64,000 bases of DNA from an uncultured cyanobacterium. GTDB taxonomy: Bacteria; Cyanobacteriota; Cyanobacteriia; PCC-9006; JAAUQQ01. The notes beneath the pieces were generated by a model that ran no database searches, had not been told where the DNA came from, and saw only the letters and a program-made list of their open reading frames with translations. Positions within the stretch are counted from its first letter, which is position 1. Each line of letters opens with the position of its first letter. The translations under genes were made by a program, and so were the position numbers. Positions 10,469 through 22,106 of the stretch are shown here, one piece after another. The stretch covers positions 4,448,001 to 4,512,000 of the forward strand of contig OY970368.1 of NCBI GenBank assembly GCA_963718615.1. The letters run 5' to 3'.

Positions 10469-10759
10469 CAAGGTTTTACTCCCTAAAAAGCTTCTAAAAG
10501 AGACCTAAAGTATACGAGATCTACCGTAGTTCGTAACAGACTGTAGCGACGGGGGGGTAGCGATCGCAGCAATATTTAACGATTGTGTGAACGTTTGCAA
10601 CAGAGTGGATCCCTAAATTGGACTCTCAAATTGGATCCCTGCCTTGAGCCCTGGGCTGTCAAGTGGGTGCCGAGGGCAACTCTATACGGTTTTGCCTCCC
10701 TCTAGTTTTGCCCTCGGGGATTCGCTATCGTAACCAGATGTTTTCAGGAGCAGGTGGCC

Positions 10760-12257
10760 ATGGCCCCAAACAGCGGCAAGAGCATTAACGGTACCCTATT
10801 GCAATCTTTTCATTGGTACATTCCGCCGGACGGAGCCCACTGGCAGCAGCTAGCTCAAAAGTCCGCAGAGCTTGCGGAAGCCGGGTTTACAGCCCTTCTG
10901 GCTACCACCAGCCTATAAGGCCAGTGGCGGCGGCTATGACGTGGGCTATGGGGCCTACGATCTGTTTGATTTGGGGGAGTTTGATCAAAAGGGCAGCATT
11001 CGCACGAAGTACGGCAACCGAGCCGATTATTTAGCGGCAATTCAGGCGGCCCAGGCGGCGGGCATGCAGGTCTATGGGGACTGCGTGTTTAATCACAAAA
11101 ATGGGGGCGATCGCGAGGAAGAGTTTGAAGCGATACCCGTGTGGGAAGAGGATCGGAATACCGCCAAAGGACCAGTGGAGCGGGTCAAAGCTTGGACCGC
11201 ATTTGATTTTCCGGGACGCGGCGAGCAATATTCCAAAATGAAATGGCGTTGGTGGCACTTTGACTCGCTCAATCACAACATGCTTAAGCCGGGTGATTCA
11301 ACGATTTATCGGCTCAAAGATAAGCAGTTTGAAACCGATGTGGATCTTCGCCATAGCAACTACGACTTTTTGATGGCCTGCGATCTAGATACTAGTCATC
11401 CTGAAGTCAGCCAGGAACTCAAAGCTTGGGGAGAGTGGTATGTAGACACAACCGGCATTGATGGATTTCGTTTAGATGCGGTTAAGCATGTGCGGGCAGG
11501 CTTTTTTGCAGAGTGGCTAGATCAGGTGCGTTGCTATGCCCATCGCGATCTGTTTACGGTCGGTGAATATTGGTCTGAGGATTTAAGAGCGCTCCATTGG
11601 TTTTTGAGTCGAACCGGGGGCCGAATTTCCCTGTTTGATGTGCCGTTGCACTATAACTTTCATCGGGCTAGCAAGGCGGGTCAATCCTATGACCTCCGTC
11701 AAATTTTGGATAACACCTTGATGCAGCAACAACCTGCCTTGGCGGTTACCTTTGTCGACAACCACGATTCCCAACCCTTGCAAGCCTTAGAATCCGTCGT
11801 TGAGGCTTGGTTTAAGCCCTTAGCCTATGCCTTGATTCTGCTGCGTCGGGAAGGCTATCCCTGTGTGTTCTATGGGGATTATTACGGGGCTCACTATCGC
11901 GATCGCGGTCGGGATGGCAATGAGTATGAGATTTGGCTCGATTCCCATCGTTGGCTCATCGATCAATTCCTCCATGCTCGGCGTCACTATGCCTATGGTC
12001 CCCAATATGACTACTTTAATCAGCCCAACTGTATTGGCTGGACTCGCTTAGGGGATGCGGAGCATCCAGGGGGATTGGCAGTTTTGATGAGTAATGCGGC
12101 TGGAGCAAGCCAATGGATGGAAGTGGGGCGACCCCATTGTCTATTTTATGACGCCACTCAGCGGATTGCTGAAACTGTGAAAACTAACGAGTGGGGCTGG
12201 GGAGAGTTTCACTGTCAAGGGGGGTCTGTCTCTCTCTGGTTGCCAGTCGAACCCTAG
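10760..12257 (+). CDS. Alpha-amylase (GH13), split by a +1 frameshift at about 10896 (probable sequence error)
   Basis: ATG 10760 gives NGTLLQSFHWY...AGFTAL. Removing one T restores WLPPAYK..DVGYGAYDL. GFRLDAVKH, GEYW and FVDNHD catalytic motifs present. Confidence 0.9.
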
Positions 12258-12320
12258 GGGTTTGACCCCTGCAAGTTTTAATTTTCCGAATTCGGAAAGG
12301 ATCCGTAAAAACACAGAGAT

Positions 12321-12345
12321 AGCCTTGGCAAAGCCAGGGCTTTTT
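12321..12345 (+). terminator. Intrinsic terminator after the amylase gene
   Basis: AGCCTTGGC-AAA-GCCAGGGCT followed by TTTT. Confidence 0.7.
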
Positions 12346-12757
12346 CGGATCGGTATTTACTAGGCTTCTAAGAGAAATTACTTAGATAATTCTGGGTCAA
12401 TTCCGTATAAATGCTAAGTTAACCGTTAAGCCTTAGATGTCTGACTAACCATATAGATTCGTGATTGAGACTAATGTTTGGACTGAGTGAGACAGTTTGA
12501 GATAGATACGACCGTTGGCATAAATCTCAGAAATTCTTCGTACTTTCACGGGATTTTGAGGCAGCAATCTACCGAAGAAACTCGTATTTATTTCTGCTTT
12601 TCAACCATGGCAGTCTAAGGGAACGAACTCCGAAGAGCTACTGAGAAGTCCTTCAAGATCTGGTTTTCTTAACACGAAGCTTGCGAGTTTTCTCTGTAGA
12701 TCAAAAGCGAGTTAACCCCTTCTAACTGCGAGTCCTTAGGAATTGGAGAACTTAAGA

Positions 12758-14401
12758 ATGGATAGCAATGTGAGCATACTTAAGGGCCAAGATTTGGCAG
12801 TCCGCCTAGCCAGTAACGGTCTAAATCCTCAGCCGCAAATCGAAACCCCTATTTCTCAAAAACCATCAGGATTTGACTGGGAACCGGAGGTTTGGGAACG
12901 AATGATCTCAGAAATGGGTGAACTAGTTCGAGACGCCTCCACCCGCTGGGAAGAACGACGGTTTACGCCTAAATTGGATGGAGATATCCGTGGGTTGTTT
13001 GACCAACCTTTGCCGCTACAAGGAGCCCATTGGGATGACATCCTTCAGCATCTGCGACAACTCATTGATTGTTCGGGCTACAACGGCCATCCCCGCTGGT
13101 TTGCCTATATCACCTCTTCTCCAGATCCGATTGGCGTGTTAGGTGCGTTCCTAACGGCTGCTCTCAATCAAAACAATAACCTTTGGCGAATTGCACCGGG
13201 TGCAACCAGTATTGAGTTGCAATGCATCAATTGGTTCAAAGCCATGTTTGATTTGGAAGACTCCTGGGAAGGTATTTTTGCCAGCGGTGGACAACTGGCG
13301 AATATTATTGCCTGCGCAGTGGCTCGCCAGCATCATTGTCCCTGGGATATCCGTCAATATGGGGTTGCTGGCCCCGCACAGGCTGGACGCTTGACCCTCT
13401 ACACCAGTGATCAGGCCCACTATTGCCACCGTCAGGCAGCGGAACTGTTGGGCCTAGGCTCAGAGTCGTTGCGGGTTGTCCCAACGGATGAGCATTATCG
13501 GATGCGGGTGGATGTTTTAGCGGAGATGATTGCGCGCGATCGCCATGACGGCGCTATTCCCCTTGCAGTGATTGCAACGGCAGGAACCGTGGCCACGGGG
13601 GCGATCGACCCCTTGGAAGATCTACGTATCCTGACGCAAAACGAACAAATGTGGTTACATGTCGATGGGGCCTATGGTTTACCGGCTTACCTTGTGCCGG
13701 AGATTGCGCCTCAACTGGCAGCAATGAGATCTGCTGATTCTTTATCGTTTGACCCTCACAAATGGTTGTATAGTCCACTTGATGCAGGCGTGACGCTAGT
13801 CCGGCATCCAGGAGCATTGCGCAAAGCATTTGGTTTTCAGGTCAGCTATCTAGATCAAAATGCTGGGACTCAAGGATCTGGGGTTCAAGGAATTAGAGCT
13901 GAAGGGGCTGTGGATTTAGTGGACTTTACCTTAGAAAATTCTCGCCCAGCCCGTGCTACTAAGGTTTGGCTCTCGCTCATGGCCCATGGCCTAGAAGGGT
14001 TTCGCTCCCAGATTAGTCAAGACATCCAACTCACCCGGTACATGGCCCGCAGAATTGCAGAAACACCGGGCTTAGTTCTCCAAGCTGAACCCACGTTATC
14101 GATTGTTTGTTGGCGGGTTGAACCGTCTTGTTTCCTTGGGGATCAAACTGCACTCAATGACTTGCAGCTCAAAGTGATTGAACTACTGGAACAACGGGGT
14201 ATTGCTTTTCTCTCTAAGGCCAAGCTGCACGGCGATAAAATCGCTCTACGCGCCTGCATTGTAAATTTTCGGACCCAAATTGACGACATAGAAACCGCTG
14301 TCATGGCCAGCGCCATGGTCGGTTTGGAACTGGCATCTCAATTTGATCTTGATCTACCCTTAGAGCCTCTTTACGGGTTTCAGTTTGATGCCGCTCAATA
14401 A
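12758..14401 (+). CDS. Group II PLP-dependent amino-acid decarboxylase (aromatic/glutamate decarboxylase superfamily)
   Basis: HPRWFAYI, ATAGTVATGAIDPL, WLHVDGAYG, SLSFDPHKWLY (PLP Lys), LRACIVNFRT; GGAG upstream of ATG 12758. Confidence 0.92.
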   Translation: MDSNVSILKGQDLAVRLASNGLNPQPQIETPISQKPSGFDWEPEVWERMISEMGELVRDASTRWEERRFTPKLDGDIRGLFDQPLPLQGAHWDDILQHLRQLIDCSGYNGHPRWFAYITSSPDPIGVLGAFLTAALNQNNNLWRIAPGATSIELQCINWFKAMFDLEDSWEGIFASGGQLANIIACAVARQHHCPWDIRQYGVAGPAQAGRLTLYTSDQAHYCHRQAAELLGLGSESLRVVPTDEHYRMRVDVLAEMIARDRHDGAIPLAVIATAGTVATGAIDPLEDLRILTQNEQMWLHVDGAYGLPAYLVPEIAPQLAAMRSADSLSFDPHKWLYSPLDAGVTLVRHPGALRKAFGFQVSYLDQNAGTQGSGVQGIRAEGAVDLVDFTLENSRPARATKVWLSLMAHGLEGFRSQISQDIQLTRYMARRIAETPGLVLQAEPTLSIVCWRVEPSCFLGDQTALNDLQLKVIELLEQRGIAFLSKAKLHGDKIALRACIVNFRTQIDDIETAVMASAMVGLELASQFDLDLPLEPLYGFQFDAAQ

Positions 14402-14515
14402 TTTTTGATGGTTTAAAAGGGTGCTCAGTATACTCCAACTACTTAAGCCCTGTTAGCCTAAATTAGCGTTAAGATTTAGGCTTTTTCCTGTGTTCTCTTA
14501 TCGATTAGCAAGAAG

Positions 14516-15721
14516 ATGCAAACTCAATTAACCGCGATCGCAACTCCTCAAAATCCCTTTTGTTTCCAAGACGGTGCTCAACTAGATGACCTCGTGGTAG
14601 CTTGGAAATCCTGGGGAAAACTCAATTCCCGACAGGATAATGTGATTTTGTTATTCCCGGTTTTGACCACGAGTCACCATGCCGCTGGTTTTGATCCCCA
14701 AGGACCCAACAGCCCCTGGTGGACATCAGATTGTTATCAGGGGTGGTGGGATGAGTTTATCGGGCCAGGGAAAGCGCTCGATACCCGCCGTTGGCATGTC
14801 ATCTGCGCCAGTTTTCTGGGGGGATGCTATGGAACGACTGGGCCATCTAGCCTAGATCCGAAGACGGGAAAAGTTTGGGGCGATCGCTTTCCCTATCCCC
14901 ATGTTTCCGACTTAGTTGATGCCCAGGTGCGGCTGTTAGATGCCCTCGGAATTCATCAGCTAAAAGCAATTGTGGGAGGATCTTTTGGTGGCTATTTGGC
15001 CTTGGATTTTGCCCTGCGTTATCCCCTGCGGACTCAGCAGGTGGTTTCGATCGCCAGTGGCTTGCGGGTTACGGAAGCAATGAAACTGTCAAATTTTCAG
15101 CAGATTATGGCGATCGAGTTCCATGGAGAACGGTTGTCAGAATCGAAAATAGTAGACCAAAAGGCTGGTGTGCAAAAGACTAAAAAAGGCTTAGAACTAG
15201 CCCGTATGATTGCCATGCAACAGTATATCGTGGCAGATGAAATCGATACCTATTGTCGACAATCGGTTGATCCAAAGCTCAAAGATCAGGGTCAGTATTC
15301 CCTTCGTCATCCGGTGGAAAGCTGGTTGCTCTACCAAGGGCAAAAGTTTTCCCAGCGCTTCGATCCCCAAAGTTATTTGAGGCTACTATACGCTTGGCAA
15401 AACTGGCATCCTGCCCTCAAGGATTCTGCCTGGGAAATCTCTACCCTACTCAATTCCTGTCGGCAACAACAATGGCTACTCTTTTCCATTGATTCCGATG
15501 CTTGTTTTCCGGTCCAAGAGCAAATGCTGCTTGCCCAGGCACTCACTGCCGCCGGAGTTCCCCACAAGTTTGTTTCTGTTGCTTCGCGATTGGGCCATGA
15601 TTCCTTTCTGCGAGAACCCAAACTTTATCAATGGGAACTCCAGGCATTTCTTGAACATCAGCAGCCCCCTCTTCCGTCAATTCCTGTAACTGGTGGGGTT
15701 TTGGTTGAGGGAAAACGCTGA
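14516..15721 (+). CDS. MetX-like (homoserine O-acetyltransferase family) alpha/beta-hydrolase acyltransferase, divergent
   Basis: GWWDEFIGPGKALDT, LGGCYGTTGPSS, GGSFGG nucleophile, SD..FP, GHDSFL. The canonical HALTG is replaced by PVLTT. Confidence 0.85.
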   Translation: MQTQLTAIATPQNPFCFQDGAQLDDLVVAWKSWGKLNSRQDNVILLFPVLTTSHHAAGFDPQGPNSPWWTSDCYQGWWDEFIGPGKALDTRRWHVICASFLGGCYGTTGPSSLDPKTGKVWGDRFPYPHVSDLVDAQVRLLDALGIHQLKAIVGGSFGGYLALDFALRYPLRTQQVVSIASGLRVTEAMKLSNFQQIMAIEFHGERLSESKIVDQKAGVQKTKKGLELARMIAMQQYIVADEIDTYCRQSVDPKLKDQGQYSLRHPVESWLLYQGQKFSQRFDPQSYLRLLYAWQNWHPALKDSAWEISTLLNSCRQQQWLLFSIDSDACFPVQEQMLLAQALTAAGVPHKFVSVASRLGHDSFLREPKLYQWELQAFLEHQQPPLPSIPVTGGVLVEGKR

Positions 15722-15957
15722 ATCTTTGACTTGAATGGGGTTTGGGGCGATCGCCCCAAATCCCTCATCCCCCACAGATAATCCGCCAAGAACGGGTTCA
15801 TTGACGGTGAGCAGATGACTTTGGGCTGGCTGATAAAAACGTCTTGATCTGTAATTATACGGAATTGAGAATCCCTTAGGTTTACTATTGCTTTTCTCAG
15901 AAAAATCTAGCACTATGAAGTCATAATCCCGTTATCCTGCTAGTAGGCTCTGTATCT

Positions 15958-18039
15958 ATGTCTGCGTCTGGTGTGTGTAAAAAAAACGACATCCAAACAA
16001 GACTTGATTTTGCAGATCGGCTGTTACAAGGTGTTGCAAATGCATCTGACTGTCTGCTAAATATCGAAGATTTTCAGGATTCTATTCAGAGCTCACTGGC
16101 GACCCTAGGAACGGCGATTCAGGTCGATCGCGTTTATATTTTTAGTTGTACCCAAGATCCAGTGACGCAGGTGCCCTTGATGAGCCAGCAGTGGGAATGG
16201 GTCACGGAGGGTATTACACCGGAAATCGATAATCCTGAACTACAAAATTTACCATTCCTTGATTATTTTCCTCGTTGGTATAAAGTCCTGTCTACGGGGC
16301 AAGATATCTCCGGTTTGGTGCGAGACTTTCCAGATTCGGAAAAAGAGATTCTAGATCCCCAAGGAATTCTATCCATTGTTATTGTTCCTATTTTTGTCCA
16401 AACCCAATTTTGGGGGTTTATGGGGTTTGATGACTGCAATCGGGGTCACGACTGGAGCAGTAGCGAAGTTCTCTCTTTAAAGACCGTTGCGAGGAGTTTT
16501 GGAGGAGCATTTGCCCGTCGGCAAGCTGAAGAAAAACTACAGGAAGTCAATCAGTCGCTAGAGCAACGGATTCAAGAACGTACGGCTGAATTGCAAGTCG
16601 CTAAAGAGCAAGCTGATAGCGCAAATCGAGCTAAAAGTGAGTTTTTAGCCAACATGAGTCACGAGTTAAGAACTCCGCTCAACGGCATTCTAGGCTATGC
16701 GCAGATTCTTGAGGGCTCGGATAATCTGAATGACAAAGAGCAAGATGGGGTGCGAATTATTAATCAATGTGCGTCGCATTTGCTTTTGCTGATTAATGAT
16801 ATTTTAGACCTATCAAAAATTGAATCTAGCAAGATGGAGCTCTATCCAACAGCTTTTCATCTGGACTCAATGCTGCGGGGGGTTGTTGATATCTGTCAGA
16901 TTCGGGCTCAACAGAAAGGGATTGACTTCTTCTTCGAATCCAGCGGACAGCTTCCCATTGGAATTATTGCGGATGAAAAACGCCTCCGTCAGGTGTTGCT
17001 TAATCTCTTAAGTAATGCTGTTAAGTTTACACAGAAAGGTTCGGTTCGATTTGAGCTAACAGCTTTCTACTCCGAAGCGGACGAAATCGCTGAATTGCCA
17101 CTGTACAAATTACAATTTAAGATTATTGACACTGGCATTGGAATTAGTAAAAGTGACTTAGACAAGATCTTTTTACCCTTTGAACAGGCGAGACGTGTAG
17201 AGTCTCATCAGTCGGAAGGTACAGGTTTAGGATTGGCCATTAGCCAACGTATTGTCAGACTCATGGGGAGTGATTTAGAGGTTGAGAGTCAGATTGGCAA
17301 AGGCAGTACGTTTAGATTTGAGATTCAGATCCCTGAGGCTTCGGAATGGATTGACCAAACCACGGTGTTGAAAGGGAAGAAAGTTAAAGGAGTGAAAGGA
17401 GACCCACCCTGTATTTTGATTATTGATGACCGTTGGGAAAACCGTGCGGTGATTCGAAGCTTCCTTACACCGTTAGGATTTGATGTTTTGGAGGCTGAAA
17501 ATGGCCAACAGGGTTTAGAACTAGCGCTGGAGCGATCGCCCCAACTGATTATCACCGATTTGGCCATGCCCGTGATGGATGGATTTGAGTTTTTGCACGT
17601 GGCTCGTCAGTCTTTTCCGCTCCAAGAAAAACTGATTTTTGTGTCTTCTGCCAGTGTTTTTCCTGCGGATCAACAACGCAGTTTGGATGCAGGGGGGAAT
17701 TTCTTTCTGTCCAAGCCGGTGCAGTTTCCAGAACTGCTGGATGCCCTAGAGACCTATTTGCACTTAGAGTGGATCTATGAGCCTCGAGCTATTTCCCAGT
17801 CTGCTCCCCTTCCCGTATCTGCCGAAATGCTTGTTCCTCAGATCGAAGATTTGCAACATCTACAGAAACTGCTACGGAGTGGGCTGATTAATAAATTTAT
17901 TAAGGAACTCGATAACCTCAACCAGCAGGATTCGAACTTTCAGCCCTTTACCGAGCATCTGCGGGTCCTGGCTCAAGGTTTTCGGCTCAAGCAGATGAAG
18001 ACCTTTATTGATGGTTATTTGGCCTCTACCGTTGGATAG
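15958..18039 (+). CDS. Cytoplasmic hybrid histidine kinase GAF-HisKA-HATPase-REC
   Basis: GAF ([18 protein letters not shown]), [16 protein letters not shown]1/G2 boxes, receiver [15 protein letters not shown]. Confidence 0.95.
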   Translation: MSASGVCKKNDIQTRLDFADRLLQGVANASDCLLNIEDFQDSIQSSLATLGTAIQVDRVYIFSCTQDPVTQVPLMSQQWEWVTEGITPEIDNPELQNLPFLDYFPRWYKVLSTGQDISGLVRDFPDSEKEILDPQGILSIVIVPIFVQTQFWGFMGFDDCNRGHDWSSSEVLSLKTVARSFGGAFARRQAEEKLQEVNQSLEQRIQERTAELQVAKEQADSANRAKSEFLANMSHELRTPLNGILGYAQILEGSDNLNDKEQDGVRIINQCASHLLLLINDILDLSKIESSKMELYPTAFHLDSMLRGVVDICQIRAQQKGIDFFFESSGQLPIGIIADEKRLRQVLLNLLSNAVKFTQKGSVRFELTAFYSEADEIAELPLYKLQFKIIDTGIGISKSDLDKIFLPFEQARRVESHQSEGTGLGLAISQRIVRLMGSDLEVESQIGKGSTFRFEIQIPEASEWIDQTTVLKGKKVKGVKGDPPCILIIDDRWENRAVIRSFLTPLGFDVLEAENGQQGLELALERSPQLIITDLAMPVMDGFEFLHVARQSFPLQEKLIFVSSASVFPADQQRSLDAGGNFFLSKPVQFPELLDALETYLHLEWIYEPRAISQSAPLPVSAEMLVPQIEDLQHLQKLLRSGLINKFIKELDNLNQQDSNFQPFTEHLRVLAQGFRLKQMKTFIDGYLASTVG

Positions 18040-18107
18040 AGAATGTTTGACGGTGGGAATGAGACACTAGGTTTTATGCGTGCCTTTCTGTGTGATTTTT
18101 TGATGCT

Positions 18108-19763
18108 ATGCCCCTATCAAAACTGTCTCGCGATCGCACTCAGCCCACGATTTTGATCATTGATGATCAGCCCAATAATCTCCAGGTTCTTTCAGAAACT
18201 TTGAGTCAAGCCGACCTACAGGTTGCTGTGGCGATTGATGGGGAAAGTGCCCTAGAGCAATTGCAATATCTCCAGCCGGATCTCATTTTGCTCGACATTA
18301 TGATGCCAGGTATGGATGGATTTGAAGCTTGTCAGCGCATTCAATCCGATGCCGCCCTAGCCATGATTCCGATCATTTTTATGACGGCTTTGACCGAAAC
18401 GGAACACAAAACCCATGCCTTTGAACTAGGTGCAGTAGATTACATTACGAAACCCTTTCAGCAGGCTGAGGTTTTGGCTCGGGTTCAAGTTCATCTCAAT
18501 TTGCGTCACCTGAATCAAACCCTGGAGCAAAAGAATCAGGAACTTCGAGAGCAGAAGGCGGCGATCGAGCAAGCCAATCAGGCAAAAAGCAAATTTTTGG
18601 CCAATATGAGCCATGAATTGCGGACGCCCCTCAATAGTGTTCTGGGTTATGCTCAAGGGCTGAGCCAGTCGACTCATCTGACCCAGCAAGAATCTCAGTG
18701 GGTTGAGGGGATTTATTCATCCGGTTCACATCTGCTGATGCTGATTGAGGATTTGCTGGATATTTCCAAAATTGAAGCCGACAAAATTACCTTGGCACCC
18801 ACTCATGTGATACTCGATAACTTCTTACAAAGCGTGATTTGTATGTTTCAAGCCCGTGCCGATGAAACCCAAATTAGGCTGATTACTGAAATCGATCCCG
18901 AGCTGCCTGCCGCTGCCTATGTGGATGAAAAACGTTTGCGGCAGGTATTGCTGAATTTACTGAGTAATGCCTTCAAATACACCTTAACGGGTTCGATTTG
19001 GCTACGGGTGCAGTTGCGATCGCACGACAACACCCCCTTTCTAGGCATTGAAGTTGAGGATACCGGCATTGGCATTGAGCCCCAAAATCAAGTCAAAATC
19101 TTTGAACCCTTTGAACAAGTCAATCCTCACCATCATTACTCCCAAGGTACGGGCTTAGGGCTAGCGATTAGTCAACGGCTGGTCAAACTCATGGGCGGAG
19201 AAATTGGTCTGCGCACTCAGCCCGGTCAAGGCAGTTGCTTTGCGTTTGAAATCCCCATTGCCTCTCCCCAAACGCCTTATTTTTTGCAACCATTTTTGCA
19301 AGAAACGGGAATCGTGGGCTATGAAGGTGAGGTCTGTCGACTCCTCCTCATCTCTGATGCTCAGGCTAAACTGGAGTCGTCCACTGCTACTCAGCCATCC
19401 GCTAGGGCTAGCAATTCCATCGAAGACATGGCTCACTTGCTCCGGGTCTTAAATTTTAATGTGGAAATGGTGGGCGATCAGACTACCGCCCTACGTCAAG
19501 CGCAAAACTATCCGCCCGATTTAATTTTGCTGGATCTGACAGAATCTATTTCGGCGTCTGTAGCGCATACCCTCAAAGCTATTGCGGAATTAGAGGCAAT
19601 TCCCATTGTTGGCATTGCCCCTCGAAATCAGCAAGCGTCGCTGAGCGGACTCACGCCTGAGCCAATAGCTACGCTACTCAGCACACCGGTTTCTCCCATT
19701 CAGCTCGTGAAAGCCCTAGAGGAATTGCTCCTGCTCACCTGGAGCCGACAGGCTTCGCCTTGA
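18108..19763 (+). CDS. Hybrid histidine kinase REC-HisKA-HATPase with degenerate C-terminal receiver
   Basis: N-terminal IDD..LLDIMMPGMDG..KP; [10 protein letters not shown]; GTGLGLAIS; C-terminal PPDLILLD lacks the usual acidic pair and KP. Confidence 0.93.
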   Translation: MPLSKLSRDRTQPTILIIDDQPNNLQVLSETLSQADLQVAVAIDGESALEQLQYLQPDLILLDIMMPGMDGFEACQRIQSDAALAMIPIIFMTALTETEHKTHAFELGAVDYITKPFQQAEVLARVQVHLNLRHLNQTLEQKNQELREQKAAIEQANQAKSKFLANMSHELRTPLNSVLGYAQGLSQSTHLTQQESQWVEGIYSSGSHLLMLIEDLLDISKIEADKITLAPTHVILDNFLQSVICMFQARADETQIRLITEIDPELPAAAYVDEKRLRQVLLNLLSNAFKYTLTGSIWLRVQLRSHDNTPFLGIEVEDTGIGIEPQNQVKIFEPFEQVNPHHHYSQGTGLGLAISQRLVKLMGGEIGLRTQPGQGSCFAFEIPIASPQTPYFLQPFLQETGIVGYEGEVCRLLLISDAQAKLESSTATQPSARASNSIEDMAHLLRVLNFNVEMVGDQTTALRQAQNYPPDLILLDLTESISASVAHTLKAIAELEAIPIVGIAPRNQQASLSGLTPEPIATLLSTPVSPIQLVKALEELLLLTWSRQASP

Positions 19764-19772
19764 GTCGCCCGG

Positions 19773-20090
19773 TTAAACTTCCTTCGCTTGAACATCGACC
19801 GTCGCCCCTTCGACCCCCGAAGCGTTTGCAGCCGCTGCGGCGCTGTCTGGAGCATCTGGAGTCTTACCGGCACTGAGACGCTCTAGTAAGATTTGGGACA
19901 GTTCGGCGACCAAAAGTCCGGCAATAATGCCATCATCCAGCCAACCCACAATGGGAATCAGGTCCGGGGAAAGATCGAAGGGCATCAAAAGGTAGGCCAC
20001 AGACCCGAGAATAACCCACCAGCGGTATTTGGGATTGCGGATGGCGTCGCGATACCAGTTGTAGAGGGACTGCACAGAAAAACTCTTCAT
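19773..20090 (-). CDS. YkvA/DUF1232 family membrane protein
   Basis: YLLMPFDLSPDLIPIVGWLDD motif. Confidence 0.88.
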   Translation of the reverse strand: MKSFSVQSLYNWYRDAIRNPKYRWWVILGSVAYLLMPFDLSPDLIPIVGWLDDGIIAGLLVAELSQILLERLSAGKTPDAPDSAAAAANASGVEGATVDVQAKEV

Positions 20091-20298
20091 GGGGATATCC
20101 AATGAGGACATCCCAATTTTGCCAAACCCTCCCGCAAAAGTCTGGTAAAGAAAACCCAAAGTTTTGGTGAGAAAACCCGCTGGAGGCGTTCTAACGCTGA
20201 AACCAGGGACTCCCAGAAGCAATTTTGGTGAAATCAACTATAATTGAATCACGCTTCCTTGACCACCGTCTTTACCACTGTCCAAAGGATGAACCCCT

Positions 20299-21274
20299 GT
20301 GTTTCTAACTGCTAATCGTCCCGCTGGGGCTCAGAATTCCCCAACGGAAATTCCCCAAGATTTGTTTGCGGCCATTGATGATCTGAAGCGGGAGCTGAAG
20401 GCGATCGTCCTGGCTCACTATTACCAAGAACCGGATATCCAAGACATCGCCGACTACATTGGTGACTCTCTGGGGCTCTCGCAGCGGGCGGCGGAAACCG
20501 ATGCGGAGGTAATTGTGTTTGCCGGGGTGCATTTCATGGCCGAAACCGCCAAAATTCTCAACCCTGACAAGTTGGTGCTGTTGCCAGATCTAGAGGCCGG
20601 TTGTTCTCTGGCCGATAGCTGTCCGCCGGAGCAGTTTGCGGTGTTTAAGGCCCAGCACCCAAACCATCTGGTGATCTCCTATATTAACTGCACCGCTGAG
20701 ATCAAGGCTCTGAGCGATATCATTTGCACGAGCTCCAATGCGGTGAAAATCGTCAACCAGATTCCAGCGGATCAGCCGATTATTTTTGCACCCGATCGCA
20801 ACCTCGGTCGTTATGTGATGGAACAAACGGGCCGAGACCTAGTCCTTCTGGGAAGGTAGCTGCATCGTCCACGAAACTTTCTCCGAGCGCAAGCTGGTGG
20901 AGCTAAAGGTGGCGAATCCCAAGGCAGAAATCATTGCCCATCCGGAATGCGAACCCACGGTCCTAAACCACGCAGATTTCATCGGCTCGACCACGGCGCT
21001 GCTCCAGTACAGCCAACAGAGTCCGAGGGAGGCGTTTATTGTAGTGACCGAATCCGGGATCATTCACCAAATGGAAAAAGCCATGCCAGAAAAACGCTTT
21101 ATCCCTGCGCCACCGATGAATCAATGCGCCTGCAACGAATGCCCCCATATGCGCTTGAATACGCTGGAAAAGCTGTACTTAGCGATGAAAAACCGCCAGC
21201 CCGAGATTACACTTGCGCCAGACATTCAGCAGGCTGCCCTAAAACCGATTCAGCGGATGTTGGCAATGAGTTAA
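20299..21274 (+). CDS. nadA: Quinolinate synthase, split by a +1 frameshift at about 20846 (probable sequence error)
   Basis: [37 protein letters not shown]. Removing one T gives [14 protein letters not shown] then AHPEC, GSTT, CNECPHM. Confidence 0.95.
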
Positions 21275-21308
21275 AGGGATTGTTTCTGTTTTCCATGTCT
21301 GCGAGCTC

Positions 21309-22106
21309 ATGAAGCGGGTGGGGGAGATGACTGATTTTTCAGGCTTTGAGGAATTTGAATTGACGGCAGAGGATGCCTGTCGCACCGTATTTGTGCGGGG
21401 CAGCGGTCCAGCGGTGGTGGTACTGCACGAACTGCCGGGGATGATTCCGGAATGCGTCGCTTTGGCGCAACGGATTGCCGATGCGGGGTTTACGGTGTTT
21501 TTGCCGCTGCTGTTTGGGGAACCGAATCAGCCGCTCTCGCTGGGGAAAATGGCAGCCTATACTGTCCAGCTTTGTCTCAGTCGCGAGTTTTATCTGCTGG
21601 CCAAAAATCAGTCGAGCCCGATTACGGCGTGGCTCAAAGCCCTGTGTCGGGAAGCGAAGTCTCGCTGTGGCGATCGCGGCGTCGGGGTCATCGGCATGTG
21701 CCTGACCGGGGGCTTTGTGCTGTCCTTGATGACGGACGAATCGGTTTTGGCTCCGGTGCTGAGCCAGCCGTCGTTGCCCTTGGGGGTGATGCTAGGGCAG
21801 AAGCGGGCGTTGGGGATTTCTGCGGAGGCGTTGGCGATCGCCAAAACCCGCGCCGAGAAGGGCTGTATTCCCTTGGGATTTCGGTTTACGGGCGATCGCC
21901 TCTGTCCCGCCGAACGCTTTGCCCGCCTCCGGGAGGAATTTGGTCCGCATATCGAGCTGACTGAAATTGATTCATCCCCGGAAAATAGCCATCAGATTCA
22001 GCCCAATGCCCATGCGGTGCTCACGGTCAGTTTTGTGGATCAGCCGGGACATCCCACGCGGGCAGCGCTCGATCGCATTCTGGAAACCTTTCGAGCCCGC
22101 CTGTAA
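21309..22106 (+). CDS. Dienelactone hydrolase family protein
   Basis: VVVLHELPG, GVIGMCLTGG nucleophile, HAVLT. Confidence 0.88.
   Translation: MKRVGEMTDFSGFEEFELTAEDACRTVFVRGSGPAVVVLHELPGMIPECVALAQRIADAGFTVFLPLLFGEPNQPLSLGKMAAYTVQLCLSREFYLLAKNQSSPITAWLKALCREAKSRCGDRGVGVIGMCLTGGFVLSLMTDESVLAPVLSQPSLPLGVMLGQKRALGISAEALAIAKTRAEKGCIPLGFRFTGDRLCPAERFARLREEFGPHIELTEIDSSPENSHQIQPNAHAVLTVSFVDQPGHPTRAALDRILETFRARL

Noticed and set aside
20844-20851. Programmed ribosomal frameshift or true pseudogenisation of nadA
   Set aside because: The same insertion occurs in three other genes and in both orientations, so a sequence-level artefact is more parsimonious.
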